From Candidatus Spongiisociaceae bacterium (GTDB taxonomy: Bacteria; Actinomycetota; Acidimicrobiia; Spongiisociales; Spongiisociaceae), in contig OZ253564.1 of the NCBI GenBank assembly GCA_965262915.1, positions 4,192,001 through 4,256,000 on the forward strand: a stretch of DNA of 64,000 bases, in the 5' to 3' direction. The translations under genes and the position numbers were made by a program. The first letter of the stretch is position 1; each line of letters begins with the position of its first letter. Under the pieces are notes generated by a model. That model was given only the letters and a program-made list of their open reading frames with translations. It had not been told where the DNA came from and made no database searches. Shown here in pieces: positions 41,373 to 51,879 of the stretch.

Positions 41373-41693
41373 TCACCTGATCACACGGTACCGGTTCTTG
41401 GTGACCCTGACGAAGTACATGATGATGGCCCCCACGACCGCCACCGTGCCCAGCAGCATGGTGGCCGGTACGAGGAACCGGTACGACCACTCCGGCTCGG
41501 GTTCGGCCGTGTCCTCGTCCGGTACAGGTATGGCGGGCTCGGGGACCTCGGCGGCCGGGGCCTCGGCCGGGTCGCCCTCCTGGGCCGCTGCCGGAGCGAC
41601 CACTAGGACCCCCACCGACACGCACAGCAGCGCTGCCAGCAGTGCCAACGGGATGGCCGCGGCGGACACCCCCGATCGGACGACGCGTGACAT
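41373..41693 (-). CDS. Small exported/membrane-anchored protein (signal peptide, acidic Pro-rich linker, C-terminal TM helix)
   Basis: Hydrophobic N-terminus ending AAAQ, EPEWSYRFL, second hydrophobic helix, basic tail. Confidence 0.7.
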   Translation of the reverse strand: MSRVVRSGVSAAAIPLALLAALLCVSVGVLVVAPAAAQEGDPAEAPAAEVPEPAIPVPDEDTAEPEPEWSYRFLVPATMLLGTVAVVGAIIMYFVRVTKNRYRVIR

Positions 41694-41700
41694 GGCGGCG

Positions 41701-41706
41701 ATTGTA
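41701..41706 (-). promoter_or_regulatory. Putative -10 box TACAAT for a leaderless transcript
   Basis: TACAAT 7 nt upstream of ATG 41693, no Shine-Dalgarno. Confidence 0.5.
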
Positions 41707-41832
41707 CCAGCCCCCACGGGCCGCTCCCTCGCCCGCATCCCGTGGTCGGCGGGCAGGAAAACCTGCCGCACCCCGGCGCACCGGCGACGCCGGCGCGGAG
41801 AGCCGCCGTCCCGCCACACCGGAGGCGGACCG

Positions 41833-42768
41833 CTACCGCCTCCCATGAGACCAGTCGGGGGGTAGCTCGACGGGGAGCGGCTGGCGGAACACGCCGTCCG
41901 GTACGGGAGAACCGGTACGGATCAGCGCCAGGTTCCAGGACGGTGACGAACCTAGCGCCCAGCGGAGCAAGGACACCGCCGCGCGACCCGTCGAGCGGGC
42001 GCCCCGAACCTCCCTAACACCGAGGACGCGGCGAACCCGAGGGGGTGTGACCGCCACCGCAGCCCGGTACAGGAAGCCGTACCCGATCTTCTGGGCCGGG
42101 TCGAGGGGCGGGTCGGCCAGGAACGCCAGCGCGTTCCTCATGCCGGGCGACGGTCCCAGGTCGGGATGCTCCTCGATCCATCGGCTCAACGAGGCGGCAT
42201 CGTCGGGAACGGGATCGGCGTCCAGCATCCGGCCGATCCTGGCCTGCTCCCGGACGAACCGGTCGGCCTCGTCCGACGAGACAGGACGGGGGCCGTAGGC
42301 CTGGTGGGCAGCCAGGAAAGAGTCGGTCAACACGTTGTGGACCCAGGCCGACAGGGCAGGAACCCCTGCCGAATAGGCCCGCCCCCGGTGGGATCTCCCC
42401 ACCACCGTGGCGTGGGCCCTCCGGACCAGGCTCACCGCGCGTTCCACCTCGCGGACCGCGCCGAAGGTGGTGGCCGTGACATAGGCCGAGGTACGTGACA
42501 GGCGACCCAGGGGATCCTCCCTGTACCGCGAGTGGTCCGCCACCCCCGCCACCACCTCGGGGTGGGCGGTCTGGACCAGCAAGGCGCGGATGCCGCCCAC
42601 GAAGGCTGCTATATCACCGATCAGAGGCCACGACACGGCGCCGGGACCGCATACCCCGGGGTCGCCGGGATACTGCAGGGTGTTGGCAAGCGGGTATTCA
42701 GCATGGCGGAAGGGGCCGGTGGCCGAGGCCCGTACCCGCTTCCGGAAGGATTCCGTTGCCCCTCTCAC
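41833..42768 (-). CDS. MpaB/DUF2236 oxygenase-like protein
   Basis: GPGAVSW, GGIRALLVQTAHP, DHS, RLSRT, WVH; start uncertain. Confidence 0.82.
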   Translation of the reverse strand: MRGATESFRKRVRASATGPFRHAEYPLANTLQYPGDPGVCGPGAVSWPLIGDIAAFVGGIRALLVQTAHPEVVAGVADHSRYREDPLGRLSRTSAYVTATTFGAVREVERAVSLVRRAHATVVGRSHRGRAYSAGVPALSAWVHNVLTDSFLAAHQAYGPRPVSSDEADRFVREQARIGRMLDADPVPDDAASLSRWIEEHPDLGPSPGMRNALAFLADPPLDPAQKIGYGFLYRAAVAVTPPRVRRVLGVREVRGARSTGRAAVSLLRWALGSSPSWNLALIRTGSPVPDGVFRQPLPVELPPDWSHGRR

Positions 42769-42781
42769 AGGCCCGATCCGG

Positions 42782-43030
42782 TCAGTGGCGGGTGAGATCC
42801 CGGATGGAGCGGCGGATGCGCTCGACCATGTCGGGGGGGGCCTCGATGTGGGCTCGCTCACGGATGAAACGCAGCAGTCGCTGTTCGAACTCGTAGGCGC
42901 GCTCGCAGTTCAGGCACCTGCGCAGGTGCAGGCGGATCCGCACCTTGCGTACCGCCCGGATCTCCCCGTCGAGATACGAATAGACCCGGGAGAGCGCCCG
43001 GACACATGTGTCTCTACGTATCATTCTCAT
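42782..43030 (-). CDS. rshA: Zinc-binding anti-sigma factor (RshA/RsrA-like)
   Basis: C...YLDGE...[11 protein letters not shown] motif directly after the ECF sigma gene. Confidence 0.85.
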   Translation of the reverse strand: MRMIRRDTCVRALSRVYSYLDGEIRAVRKVRIRLHLRRCLNCERAYEFEQRLLRFIRERAHIEAPPDMVERIRRSIRDLTRH

Positions 43031-43598
43031 CTCCGGTCGCGCGGGTGAACCCCTGCTCCCTCGCCGTGGCCCACAATAGCTTCTGCAGAGCCTTCCGACC
43101 GCGATGAAGGCGGGACATCACCGTCCCGATCGGGATACCGAGCATCGCAGCGATCTCCTTGTAGGAAAAACCTTGGAGGTCGGCCAGCAGCACCGGCATC
43201 CGGAAGGGCTCGGGGAGCCTGTCTATCGCCCGCCGCACATCCGCCCCCTCCAACGCCTCGAACACCTGATCCTCCGCCGACCGCGCCAACCGGTTGGCCT
43301 CGGCCGGCGCGAGCCTGCGGTACAGGTACAGGTCTTCAACCTCTCCCAGATCCACCTCGTGAGGACGGCGCTGCTGCCTGCGGTACCGGTTGATGAAGGT
43401 ATTGGTGAGGATCCGGTAGAGCCATGCCCGCAGGTTGGTACCTTCGGCAAAGCCGGCGTAGCCGCGGTAGGCCTTCAGGAAGGTCTCCTGAACCAGGTCC
43501 TCGGCGTCGGCCGGATTGCGGGTCATACGAAGTGCTGCCGAATAGAGACGGTGGGCGTACACCAGCGCATCGCGCTCGAAGTTTACCCTATCCGCCAT
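43014..43598 (-). CDS. sigH: ECF sigma factor, SigH/SigR-like
   Basis: [40 protein letters not shown]. Confidence 0.88.
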   Translation of the reverse strand: MADRVNFERDALVYAHRLYSAALRMTRNPADAEDLVQETFLKAYRGYAGFAEGTNLRAWLYRILTNTFINRYRRQQRRPHEVDLGEVEDLYLYRRLAPAEANRLARSAEDQVFEALEGADVRRAIDRLPEPFRMPVLLADLQGFSYKEIAAMLGIPIGTVMSRLHRGRKALQKLLWATAREQGFTRATGDENDT

Positions 43599-43699
43599 CT
43601 CCCCTGCCCTGCTCGACTGCCGTCCGGTCTCCGGCCTGTACACCCCCGCCCATCGAAGGACACCGGACATCCGGCGACGGGAGCGGCGGCGCGCCCCGG

Positions 43700-43772
43700 A
43701 GCCGGAGAGGGGAATCGAACCCCTGACCTGCTCATTACGAGTGAGCCGCTCTGCCGACTGAGCTACTCCGGC
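43700..43772 (-). tRNA. tRNA-Thr (anticodon CGT)
   Basis: GCCGGAGTAGCTCAGTCGGCAGAGCGGCTCACTCGTAATGAGCAGGTCAGGGGTTCGATTCCCCTCTCCGGCT folds as a cloverleaf; full CCA not encoded. Confidence 0.96.
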
Positions 43773-43823
43773 GCGGCGACCGATGTTAGTAGGGTGCCGG
43801 ACAACTCGACCGACCAGGCCGGG

Positions 43824-43858
43824 GATCGGTGGTCGGCGATGGGTGGTCGGCGATCGGT
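43824..43858. repeat. Alternating heptamer repeat GATCGGT/GGTCGGC
   Basis: GATCGGT GGTCGGC GATGGGT GGTCGGC GATCGGT upstream of the tRNA. Confidence 0.65.
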
Positions 43859-43922
43859 CGCTCACATACCTGCATCGTAACAGTAGCTAGTGATGTATTG
43901 CCTGTGCTGCGCTTGCTGCCGC

Positions 43923-44549
43923 TCACCGGTCACCGGACAGCAACCCGATCTCATAGTCAAGAGCAGACCGCAGGGCCTCGGTCAAGGCGCTCACCGGGTC
44001 CGGCCGGTCGACGAACCCGGCGGGTTCGATGGCGCAGCCCACCACCACCCGGATGGGCGCCCGGCTGATCCGCATGGTGTCGGCCGGCATGGCATGCTGG
44101 CTTCCCCACACCACCACGGGTACCGCGGGAACACCTGCCCGTAACGCCAGCCAGGCGGCCCCTCGGTTGAGCGGGGAGTCTCCCCAGCGCCGGACCCTGC
44201 GGCCCTCGGGGAACACGCCGACTATCCCGCCCGATGCCAGGTGCCGGAGCGCGGTCTTCAAGGGCCCGGTCGGGTACCGACCCTCTCTGGGCAGTGGCAC
44301 GGCGCCGAAGACCCGAAAGATCGCATCGAGGACGGCGGAGTTTCCCCATAGTTCGTCGAGGGCCAGGAAACGTACCGGGCGCCGGATCGCCAACCCCGCG
44401 AGCGGTGGATCGAGGTGAGAGAAGTGGTTGATCACCGCCAGGTAGGGACCTTTCGGAGGTGGGCACCTCCGTACCACGGAATAGGGAAACCACGCGGCCA
44501 GCACCCTGGCCACCGGCCAGCAAAGGGTCCAGAGTGCTCGGCGCGGCAA
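43923..44549 (-). CDS. Lysophospholipid acyltransferase (PlsC family)
   Basis: NHFSHLD (HX4D), FPEGRR. Confidence 0.9.
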   Translation of the reverse strand: MPRRALWTLCWPVARVLAAWFPYSVVRRCPPPKGPYLAVINHFSHLDPPLAGLAIRRPVRFLALDELWGNSAVLDAIFRVFGAVPLPREGRYPTGPLKTALRHLASGGIVGVFPEGRRVRRWGDSPLNRGAAWLALRAGVPAVPVVVWGSQHAMPADTMRISRAPIRVVVGCAIEPAGFVDRPDPVSALTEALRSALDYEIGLLSGDR

Positions 44550-44577
44550 TCCGGCCGCGGCCCTCAGCGCGATGCTG

Positions 44578-45651
44578 TCACCCCTCCCTGGCTCGAACCC
44601 AGAGTGCCGCCAGCTGATCCTCCGTTCCCAAGGAGATGAGGAGATCCTCCGGCAACAGGACGAAGTGACGCGACGGGTTGGTCACGAACGACCCGCCCCG
44701 GCGCACCGCCAGCACGGTCGCCCCGGTCGTGCTCCTGATGGCGCAGTCCGCCAAGGACCGATCGGCGAACGGCGATCCGCCGGGGATGTTGGTCTCCGCT
44801 AATCGCACTTCCAGCTCGGCGTGCTGCATCACGACGTCGAGGAACTCGGAGACGTCGGGATGGGACACCAGGGCGGCCATGCGGGCTCCACCGATCTGCT
44901 GGGGATTGACCACGCGGTCTGCCCCGGCCTGGCGCAGCTTGGGGGCGGTGGCCGACTCGTTGGCCCGCGCCACGATGAAGACATCGGGATTGATGGAGCG
45001 GGCGGTGAGCGCTATGAACAGGTTGTCCACATCGGAGTCGAGAGCGATGACCAGGGTCTTGGCTCGTTCCAGACCGGCCTGGACGAGGACGTCGTCCTCC
45101 GTGGCATCCCCGACCACCACCTGGTGTTCGTCGGCGGCTTGACTGTATTCCGGCTCCTGCTGGTCGATGATGACCACACTCTCTCCGGCCCTGATCAGCT
45201 CCCCCTCGATGGCCCGGCCCACCTGCCCGTACCCGCACAGGACCACATGGCCTCTCAGCCGATCGATTCTTCGTTGCATACGCCGCCTCCGGAATTGGCC
45301 GTCGAGCCGGCCCTCGAACATCGTCTCGATCAGTACACCCAGCGTATAGAGCGACGTGCCCGTGCCGAACAGGATGAGAAAGACCGTGAACACCTTATAG
45401 CGCTCCGCGACCTCACCGACCTCACGGTATCCCACGGTCGAGATGGTGATCACCGTCTGGTACACGGCATCGAGCAGATCGAGTCCGAGCGCCACGTAGC
45501 CGCCTGTCCCCGCCGCGAGAACGAGAGCAAGCACTCCGATTCCGGCCCGGAACCGCCCCCAGGGATCCCCGGGGACACGCTCGAGAGGCCGTCTTCGGGA
45601 TATGAACTTCACGGTCCCCGAGGATAGGTGGTCGTCCGGCGCAGCCGCCAC
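44578..45651 (-). CDS. Potassium channel protein with TrkA-N/TrkA-C (RCK) domains
   Basis: TISTVGY filter, CGYGQVG, GDAT, AGADRVVNP; start uncertain. Confidence 0.92.
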   Translation of the reverse strand: MAAAPDDHLSSGTVKFISRRRPLERVPGDPWGRFRAGIGVLALVLAAGTGGYVALGLDLLDAVYQTVITISTVGYREVGEVAERYKVFTVFLILFGTGTSLYTLGVLIETMFEGRLDGQFRRRRMQRRIDRLRGHVVLCGYGQVGRAIEGELIRAGESVVIIDQQEPEYSQAADEHQVVVGDATEDDVLVQAGLERAKTLVIALDSDVDNLFIALTARSINPDVFIVARANESATAPKLRQAGADRVVNPQQIGGARMAALVSHPDVSEFLDVVMQHAELEVRLAETNIPGGSPFADRSLADCAIRSTTGATVLAVRRGGSFVTNPSRHFVLLPEDLLISLGTEDQLAALWVRAREG

Positions 45652-45814
45652 GGATCAGGACGCCCGGTCGGATGCCGCAGGCGGCTGTTCCCCGGCCCCC
45701 TCGTAGACCTACCGGGCGGGACCGGACGGCCTCTTCCTGCCCGGGTCCCCCACGGCCGGACGCCGGTCTCAGGACCGACCCGATCCCTTCGACGAAGGCA
45801 CCCCTCGGAAGGAA

Positions 45815-47062
45815 TCAGACCGAGGCCAGCAGGCCTGCGCCTGCCGCGGTGAGCACCACGACCAACCAGGAGGGAAGCTTCCAGAACGCCAGCATCCCGA
45901 AAGCGACCACCGCCAGTCCGAAGTCTTCCGGACCGAGGATCGCGCTCGACCAGAGCGGGTCGTACAGAGCCGAGAGCAATATCCCCACCACGACCGCGTT
46001 GACCCCGCGCAGCACCGCCTGTACCTCCACGCGCGAGCGCAGCGCCCCGAAGGACGGCAGAGTGGCGACCACGATCAGGAGGGACGGCAGGTAGAGGGCG
46101 GTCATCGCGAGCGCCGCGCCGGCCAATCCGTTCGGCTCCGGACCCATCGAGGCTCCGAGATAGGCCGCAAAGGTGAAGATCGGCCCGGGGATCGCCTGAG
46201 CGGCGCCGAAACCAGCCAGGAAAACCTCTTGGCCGACCCACCCGGACCCCACGACCTCTCTCTCGAGGAGAGGAAGGACCACCGGCCCGCCGCCGAACAC
46301 CAGGGCGCCGGAGCCGTAGAAGGCATCGGCTGTCTCGACGGCGTGGGAATCGAACGCGGCTCGAGCTGCCGGCAGGAGAGCCAGGAGAGCGAAGAAGAGG
46401 ACGGTGCTCACCAGTGCCGCCCTCCGGCCTGTACCCAGGCGGTGTGAGCGGGCAACGGCCGTCTCCTCACGCAGAAAGAACCAACCCAGGATCCCGCCGA
46501 TAGCGATCACGACCAGGATGGTCGTCCGTGTCGACGAAGGGAACGCGATGAGGGCCGTCGTGGACAGCAGCGCCATCGAACTCCGGATCCTGTCAGGAGC
46601 CAGTCGGCGCCACAGCTTCCAGACCGCGAGCGCCACCACCGGCACCGCCACGACCACCAGGCCATGGATCCATCCGGCGGCTTGCTCCGTCAGCCGGGAA
46701 GCCGTCAACCCGAGCGCGGTGAGCAAGACTGCCGAAGGCAGCGTGAACCCGATCCACGCCGCGAACCCGCCCGGAAGCCCGCCCCGGATGATCCCGATGG
46801 CCATGCCGAGCTTGCTGCTCCCAGCCCCCGGAAAGACCTGCGAAAGGGCGACGAGATCAGCGAACGTCTCCTCGTCCACCCATCGCCGGCGCTCGACGTA
46901 CTCTTCCTCGAAGTAGGCGAAGTGGGCGATCGGACCACCGAAGGAGGTCAACCCGAGCCGGAGCGCCACCAGGAAGATCCGGATGACGGAACTCCGCTCA
47001 GGGTCCAGGGTTCCAGAACCTGAAGCGTTGCCCGGTTCGGCATGGATGCCGGCGCCCGTCAC
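45815..47062 (-). CDS. chrA: Chromate efflux transporter
   Basis: LGLTSFGGP, FGGGPVVLPLL, AQAIPGP two-repeat CHR architecture. Confidence 0.9.
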   Translation of the reverse strand: MTGAGIHAEPGNASGSGTLDPERSSVIRIFLVALRLGLTSFGGPIAHFAYFEEEYVERRRWVDEETFADLVALSQVFPGAGSSKLGMAIGIIRGGLPGGFAAWIGFTLPSAVLLTALGLTASRLTEQAAGWIHGLVVVAVPVVALAVWKLWRRLAPDRIRSSMALLSTTALIAFPSSTRTTILVVIAIGGILGWFFLREETAVARSHRLGTGRRAALVSTVLFFALLALLPAARAAFDSHAVETADAFYGSGALVFGGGPVVLPLLEREVVGSGWVGQEVFLAGFGAAQAIPGPIFTFAAYLGASMGPEPNGLAGAALAMTALYLPSLLIVVATLPSFGALRSRVEVQAVLRGVNAVVVGILLSALYDPLWSSAILGPEDFGLAVVAFGMLAFWKLPSWLVVVLTAAGAGLLASV

Positions 47063-47164
47063 AGAGTTCCCTCGTATAGCTGTCGGTAGCGCGCAACGAT
47101 ACCCACACCCCTGGGTCCTCAGCCGGGGGAAGCCATCCTCCCGCAGCCCGGGTTGTGTAGGGGC

Positions 47165-48280
47165 TCAGCTCTCCAGTACTTCTATGACGGCCGCCATGAA
47201 CCGCCGGCCGGTGGCGCCGTCGATGATTCGATGATCGTAGGAGAGGCTCAGAGGGAACTGCCTGCCGATCTCCATCCTGTTCCCCCTCACCACCGGACGC
47301 CGTTCGGAGCGCCCCACCGACAGGATGGCGGAAGTACCGTACGGGATTATCGGGGTACCCCAGCCTCCGCCGACCGCGCCGATGTTCGAGACCGTGAAGG
47401 TCTGACCACGGAGTTCGTCGATCTGCAAGGTCCGGGCCTTCGCGCCGGCCGCCAACCTTCGAACCTCGCCGGCGAGTTCTTCCATTGACAGGGTGTCGGC
47501 GTCGCGGACCACAGCGACCATGAGGCCGTCGGGAGTGTCGACCGCGAATCCGATGTCGTAGAAACGGCGCTCGAGGATGTCGTCGCCCTCCACTGCGGCA
47601 TTGAAGACCGGGAACCGAACCAGGACGGGACCGAGGCGGGCGATCAGGAGAGCCTCCACCGGTGGTTTACCCAGTCGTTCCCGCTCGGCCAGTAACGGGT
47701 CCGAGTCGGCGTATCCGTAGGTGGTGACGTGGGGTATCTCCCGCCAGGAGCGGGACAGGTTCTCCGAGATGATCCTACGGAGACGGGACATCGGTACCCG
47801 TACGGTCGGACGGGTGGAGGCGGCACCCCTGACATCCTGTTCCGTGATGCGTCCTAGCGGGCCCGTGCCCGAGATGATCGACAGATCCACCCCCAGTTCG
47901 TCGGCCAGCCTGCGGACGAGCGGCAAAGCAAGGGGTCGGCGGGAGGCGGCCGTGCCGGCCTCCGGCAGAACACCTATCACGGGCGCCGAGGGCTCTTCGA
48001 CCTCGGACCGTGCCGGTTTGGATTCCTCCCGCCAGCGCTCGCCGGGCTCTCCGACAACCGCGAGGAGAGAATCGACCTCTACCGTGTCACCGTTCTCCCC
48101 GCCACGGTGCAGCAACACCCCTGCGAAGGGTGAAGGAATGTCGATGATCGCCTTGTCGGTCTCCACCTCCACAAGGGGCTCGTCAAGACCGACGGTGTCA
48201 CCCACATCGACGTACCAGGAGACGATTGTTGCCTCGACAAGTCCTTCTCCGATATCCGGAAGGTGAAATTGGTGCACCAT
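47165..48280 (-). CDS. 2-oxoacid dehydrogenase E2 (dihydrolipoamide acyltransferase)
   Basis: Lipoyl ETDKA, E3-binding PLVRRLA..GTGPLGRI, DHRIIDG. Confidence 0.94.
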   Translation of the reverse strand: MVHQFHLPDIGEGLVEATIVSWYVDVGDTVGLDEPLVEVETDKAIIDIPSPFAGVLLHRGGENGDTVEVDSLLAVVGEPGERWREESKPARSEVEEPSAPVIGVLPEAGTAASRRPLALPLVRRLADELGVDLSIISGTGPLGRITEQDVRGAASTRPTVRVPMSRLRRIISENLSRSWREIPHVTTYGYADSDPLLAERERLGKPPVEALLIARLGPVLVRFPVFNAAVEGDDILERRFYDIGFAVDTPDGLMVAVVRDADTLSMEELAGEVRRLAAGAKARTLQIDELRGQTFTVSNIGAVGGGWGTPIIPYGTSAILSVGRSERRPVVRGNRMEIGRQFPLSLSYDHRIIDGATGRRFMAAVIEVLES

Positions 48281-48281
48281 C

Positions 48282-49256
48282 TCAATCCTCCAAAGTGGAG
48301 CGGGCGGCGGAAACGATTCGACCGACCGAAGGCATGTAGTGGCGTTCGGCTAGCCGCAGGGGAACCACGACATCCCATCCTGTCACCCGCTGCACGGGAG
48401 CCCGGAGCGAGTACAGCGCTTTCTCCTGTATCAATGCCACTATCTCAGCGGCAAAGCCCCCGGTGAGCGGGGCTTCATGGACTATGACGGCCCGGCCCGT
48501 CTTCACCACCGACGAGACGACCGTGTCCACGTCGAGCGGAACGAGAGTTCCGAGATCTATCACCTCGGCGGAGACTCCGTACACGGCCAGCCGGGCGGCG
48601 GCCTCAATGGTCTCCCGCATCATCGCTCCGTAGGCGATGAGCGACACGTCGGAACCCCGTCGCTCGACCATTGCCGAACCGATGGACGTCGCGTACCGGC
48701 CGTCGGGTACCTCACCACGAGCCGCGCGATACAGCCGGATGGGCTCCATGTAGATCACCGGATCGGGATCCTCGACCGCCGCCAAGAGAAGGCCCTTGGC
48801 GTTTTCGGGGGTGGAAGCGACGACCACCTTGAGTCCGGGTATGTGGGTGTAGATGGCCTCGGTGGACTCGCTGTGATGTTCAGCGGCGCCGATTCCCCCG
48901 CCATAGGGGAGGCGGATCACCATCGGGGCCGTGAATCGGTGCCGAGACCGGTTGCGGATCCTGGCGACGTGATTGATTACCTGGTCATAGGCAGGGTAGG
49001 AGAATCCCATGAACTGGATCTCGACGATAGGTCGCATGCCGGCAACCGCCATGCCGAACGCCGCCCCGACAATTCCCGACTCGGCAACCGGCGTATCGAT
49101 CACCCGCTCGGGGCCATACTTCCGCTGTAGCCCGTCGGTTATACGGAAGACGCCCCCGGTCATCCCGATGTCCTCACCGATGATGACCACCCGGGGATCT
49201 TCGAGCGCAAGGTCGAGAGCCGAGTTGAGAGCCTGAGCCAGGGTCATGACGCTCAT
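48282..49256 (-). CDS. 2-oxoacid dehydrogenase E1 beta subunit
   Basis: GEDIG, GGVFR, DTPVAE, EIQF, EHHSES. Confidence 0.94.
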   Translation of the reverse strand: MSVMTLAQALNSALDLALEDPRVVIIGEDIGMTGGVFRITDGLQRKYGPERVIDTPVAESGIVGAAFGMAVAGMRPIVEIQFMGFSYPAYDQVINHVARIRNRSRHRFTAPMVIRLPYGGGIGAAEHHSESTEAIYTHIPGLKVVVASTPENAKGLLLAAVEDPDPVIYMEPIRLYRAARGEVPDGRYATSIGSAMVERRGSDVSLIAYGAMMRETIEAAARLAVYGVSAEVIDLGTLVPLDVDTVVSSVVKTGRAVIVHEAPLTGGFAAEIVALIQEKALYSLRAPVQRVTGWDVVVPLRLAERHYMPSVGRIVSAARSTLED

Positions 49257-50293
49257 CGCGAGAACCGCTGTGCCAAGATCCGCTGAACGACCAGGGGGGC
49301 CGTCGGCTCCTCGTACATGGCGTCGAATATCTCTCCGGCAGTGAATGACTCGATGGATTCGGCCTCGGCCACCGCCGCCTCGATTCGCCGCGATGACCGG
49401 TCCTCCAGTTCGGCCTGCCATCGGTCGTCCCAGGCACCCTGTATCTCCAGCCAGAGGCGAACCCGCTCCAGGGGGTCCCTGCCTTGCCATGCGACCAGAT
49501 CCTCCTCCCGGCGGTAGCGCCGGTGGTCATCCGCGGTGGTATGGCCGTGGATCCGGTATGTGAGGGCCTCGATCAGGGTCGGGCCTTCCGCGGCGCGGGC
49601 CCTGTCGACCGCCTCGGTAACCACCTGTTCCACCGCCAGTACATCGTTCCCATCGACGACAACTCCTGGTAAGCCGTAGGCAGTCGCTTTCTGGGCTATG
49701 GTCTCCGACGCTGTCTGGCCGGCGCGAGGCATCGAAATGGCCCAACCGTTGTTCTGGCAGAAGAAAACCGTGGGCGTGCGGTAAACCCCTGCGAAGTTCA
49801 TGGCTTCGTGGAAGTCGCCCTCCGAAGTGGCTCCATCCCCGAACATCGTCAGGGCTACGGCATCGGTTCCTTTCATCTTCTCCGCCCAGGAGATACCGAC
49901 CGCGTGGATCATGTGTCCGCCCACTGTTACCGACGGCGGTAGCACCCTGACTCCCTCGGGTGGACGGCCTCCCCGCTCGTCACCCATTCTCGCCAGAAGC
50001 AGGTTGCTCCACGGATAGCCGTGGAAGTGCATGGCCGCCGCGTCCCGGTAGCTGGCAACCAGCCAGTCTTTAGGCATCAGCGGTGCGACTGCTCCGATCT
50101 GGGCCGCTTCCTGACCCTCGTACGGGGCGTAGGTAGCCAGCCGACCCTGGCGCTGGAGGGCCGACGCCTTGTGATCGTAGAGACGCGCCTCCACCAGTGC
50201 GGCGTACCTCTTGCGGACGGTCCGGAGATCGGGCGCTGTCCGATCGGAGTGAATACCGTCCGAGGTGAGTATCTGGCGAGGATTGAGATGCAT
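49253..50293 (-). CDS. pdhA: 2-oxoacid dehydrogenase E1 alpha subunit (pyruvate/branched-chain type)
   Basis: LQRQGR, GQEA, GDGATSEGD..NN TPP motif, HTTADD. Confidence 0.9.
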   Translation of the reverse strand: MHLNPRQILTSDGIHSDRTAPDLRTVRKRYAALVEARLYDHKASALQRQGRLATYAPYEGQEAAQIGAVAPLMPKDWLVASYRDAAAMHFHGYPWSNLLLARMGDERGGRPPEGVRVLPPSVTVGGHMIHAVGISWAEKMKGTDAVALTMFGDGATSEGDFHEAMNFAGVYRTPTVFFCQNNGWAISMPRAGQTASETIAQKATAYGLPGVVVDGNDVLAVEQVVTEAVDRARAAEGPTLIEALTYRIHGHTTADDHRRYRREEDLVAWQGRDPLERVRLWLEIQGAWDDRWQAELEDRSSRRIEAAVAEAESIESFTAGEIFDAMYEEPTAPLVVQRILAQRFSR

Positions 50294-50419
50294 GGTGCGA
50301 GAGGCTACAACTCCGAAGGAACCAACTGGTTCCGCGAGCCTGGCGTGGACATGCCGGGCGGGGGACCGAGAGGAAGACGACGCGTAGCATTGTCGGCACG
50401 ACCTACAGAAGGGGCAGGC

Positions 50420-50746
50420 ATGAGCAGCGAGACATTGGTGGAGTTGACTCCGGCCGCAGCCGGGAAAGTCATCGAGCTCGGGGCAGGCGGGCCGGACCGA
50501 GCTTACCTGCATGTCTACCCGGCAGGACAGGGATGCTGCCGCACGGTCTACGGCCTGGCCTTCCTACGCAAGGTCGACGACGAATTCGAGGTGATGGAGA
50601 GCCACGGGGTCAAGGTGGCGGTGGCAAACGCGGCTCGCGACACGATCCGGGGCGTGGAGATCGACTTTGTCCAGACGCCTCAAGGCGAAGGCTTCACCGT
50701 CATCAACCAGACTCCGACCGCCGGTGGCGGCTGCGCGTGCCACTGA
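50420..50746 (+). CDS. HesB/IscA-family Fe-S cluster carrier
   Basis: LTPAAA, GQGCC, IDF, terminal GCACH. Confidence 0.85.
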   Translation: MSSETLVELTPAAAGKVIELGAGGPDRAYLHVYPAGQGCCRTVYGLAFLRKVDDEFEVMESHGVKVAVANAARDTIRGVEIDFVQTPQGEGFTVINQTPTAGGGCACH

Positions 50747-50973
50747 ACTAGACCCATCCGACCTGTCGGGCAGTGAGCCAACAGGTTAGGTACACAACGG
50801 TGTGTGACCAGGCTTTTGGCTTCTCCCGATCAACCGAGTGGAGCCATCGGTCACATGCCCCGGTCACGCATCGCAGGCCAATATCGGACTACGATACCAG
50901 GGGCACCGAAGGGCATACCGCTCCACCCACGATCACCCACGGCTTCCTGCCAGCCTCATGCGTGGGGGAAAGC

Positions 50974-51636
50974 TCAGACTTTGCGGGCAAATAGCAGGCC
51001 ATCGCCGATCGGAACGAGTGACACCTCGACCCGGCTGTCCCTACCCGCCAGCGTGTTGAGTTCACGCAGCGTCAAGGTGATGTCGTCAGAGCGCCCCGGG
51101 TCGGCGACGTAGCCTCCCCAGAGAGCATTGTCGACCAGTAGGAGGCCACCCTTCCGCAGGAGTTGCAAGCAGAGCTCGTAGTACCAGGGGTAGGTGCCCT
51201 TGTCGGCATCGATGAAGGCGAAGTCGTAGGTCTCCCCCTCCCCGGAGGCGATCATCCGTTCCAGCGTCTCCGCGGCTGGGCCGATCCGCAGGTCAATCCG
51301 GCCGCTAACCCCGGCTCTGTCCCAGTAACGGCGGGCAATGTCGGTGTACTCGACGCTGATGTCGCACGCGACGAGGAGACCGTCATGCGGAAGGGCCCGG
51401 GCCACGCAAAGGCTGCTGTAGCCGGTGAAGACCCCCACCTCGATGGCCCGGGTGACGCCCACCAGCTTCACGAGAAGGCCCATGAGCTGACCCTGATCGG
51501 GCGATATCTGCATCCCGCCTTCCGGAAGCCGCACGGTCTCCTCGCGTAGCTCGGCCAGAAGTGCGTCCTCCCGGAGGGTGGCCGAGAGGATGTAGTCGTA
51601 GAGCTCCGGCGCTATGAAGGCGTTGCGATTGGCCAT
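50974..51636 (-). CDS. SAM-dependent O-methyltransferase (caffeoyl-CoA/catechol type)
   Basis: MQISPDQG, EVGVFTGYS, FIDADK, DNALW, IGDG. Confidence 0.92.
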   Translation of the reverse strand: MANRNAFIAPELYDYILSATLREDALLAELREETVRLPEGGMQISPDQGQLMGLLVKLVGVTRAIEVGVFTGYSSLCVARALPHDGLLVACDISVEYTDIARRYWDRAGVSGRIDLRIGPAAETLERMIASGEGETYDFAFIDADKGTYPWYYELCLQLLRKGGLLLVDNALWGGYVADPGRSDDITLTLRELNTLAGRDSRVEVSLVPIGDGLLFARKV

Positions 51637-51666
51637 GGCGAATGGAACTCTAGAGCAATCGTCCGG

Positions 51667-51766
51667 GAGAGTGGCGGAAAAACCTCCTGGAGCGCGTCGG
51701 CCGATGACATGATGTCTGTTCAGAGGAAGACGGACCGTTGCTCCCCGCCGTTCTTGCAGCACCCTC
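51667..51766. mobile_element. MITE family C copy with perfect 4-bp CCGG flanking duplication
   Basis: CCGG[GAGAGTGGCGGAAAAAC ... GTTCTTGCAGCACCCTC]CCGG; homologous to 38248..38345. Confidence 0.78.
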
Positions 51767-51879
51767 CCGGCGCCCCGCCAAGACGGCTAGGGCGGCGGTC
51801 GGATCTCAATCACCGGACGGGTGGGGGTCAGCGACCATCCGTAGAGTCCCCGCCACCTGCCGGCGCCTTCCGACACTTG

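Noticed and set aside
43600-43780. tRNA-Thr as an integration site
   Set aside because: No integrase nearby, no duplicated tRNA 3' end noticed, and flanking genes look native.
43599-43865. 283-aa extended sigma factor ORF
   Set aside because: The extension runs through the tRNA-Thr gene; ATG 43598 has a GGGGAG RBS and matches SigH length.
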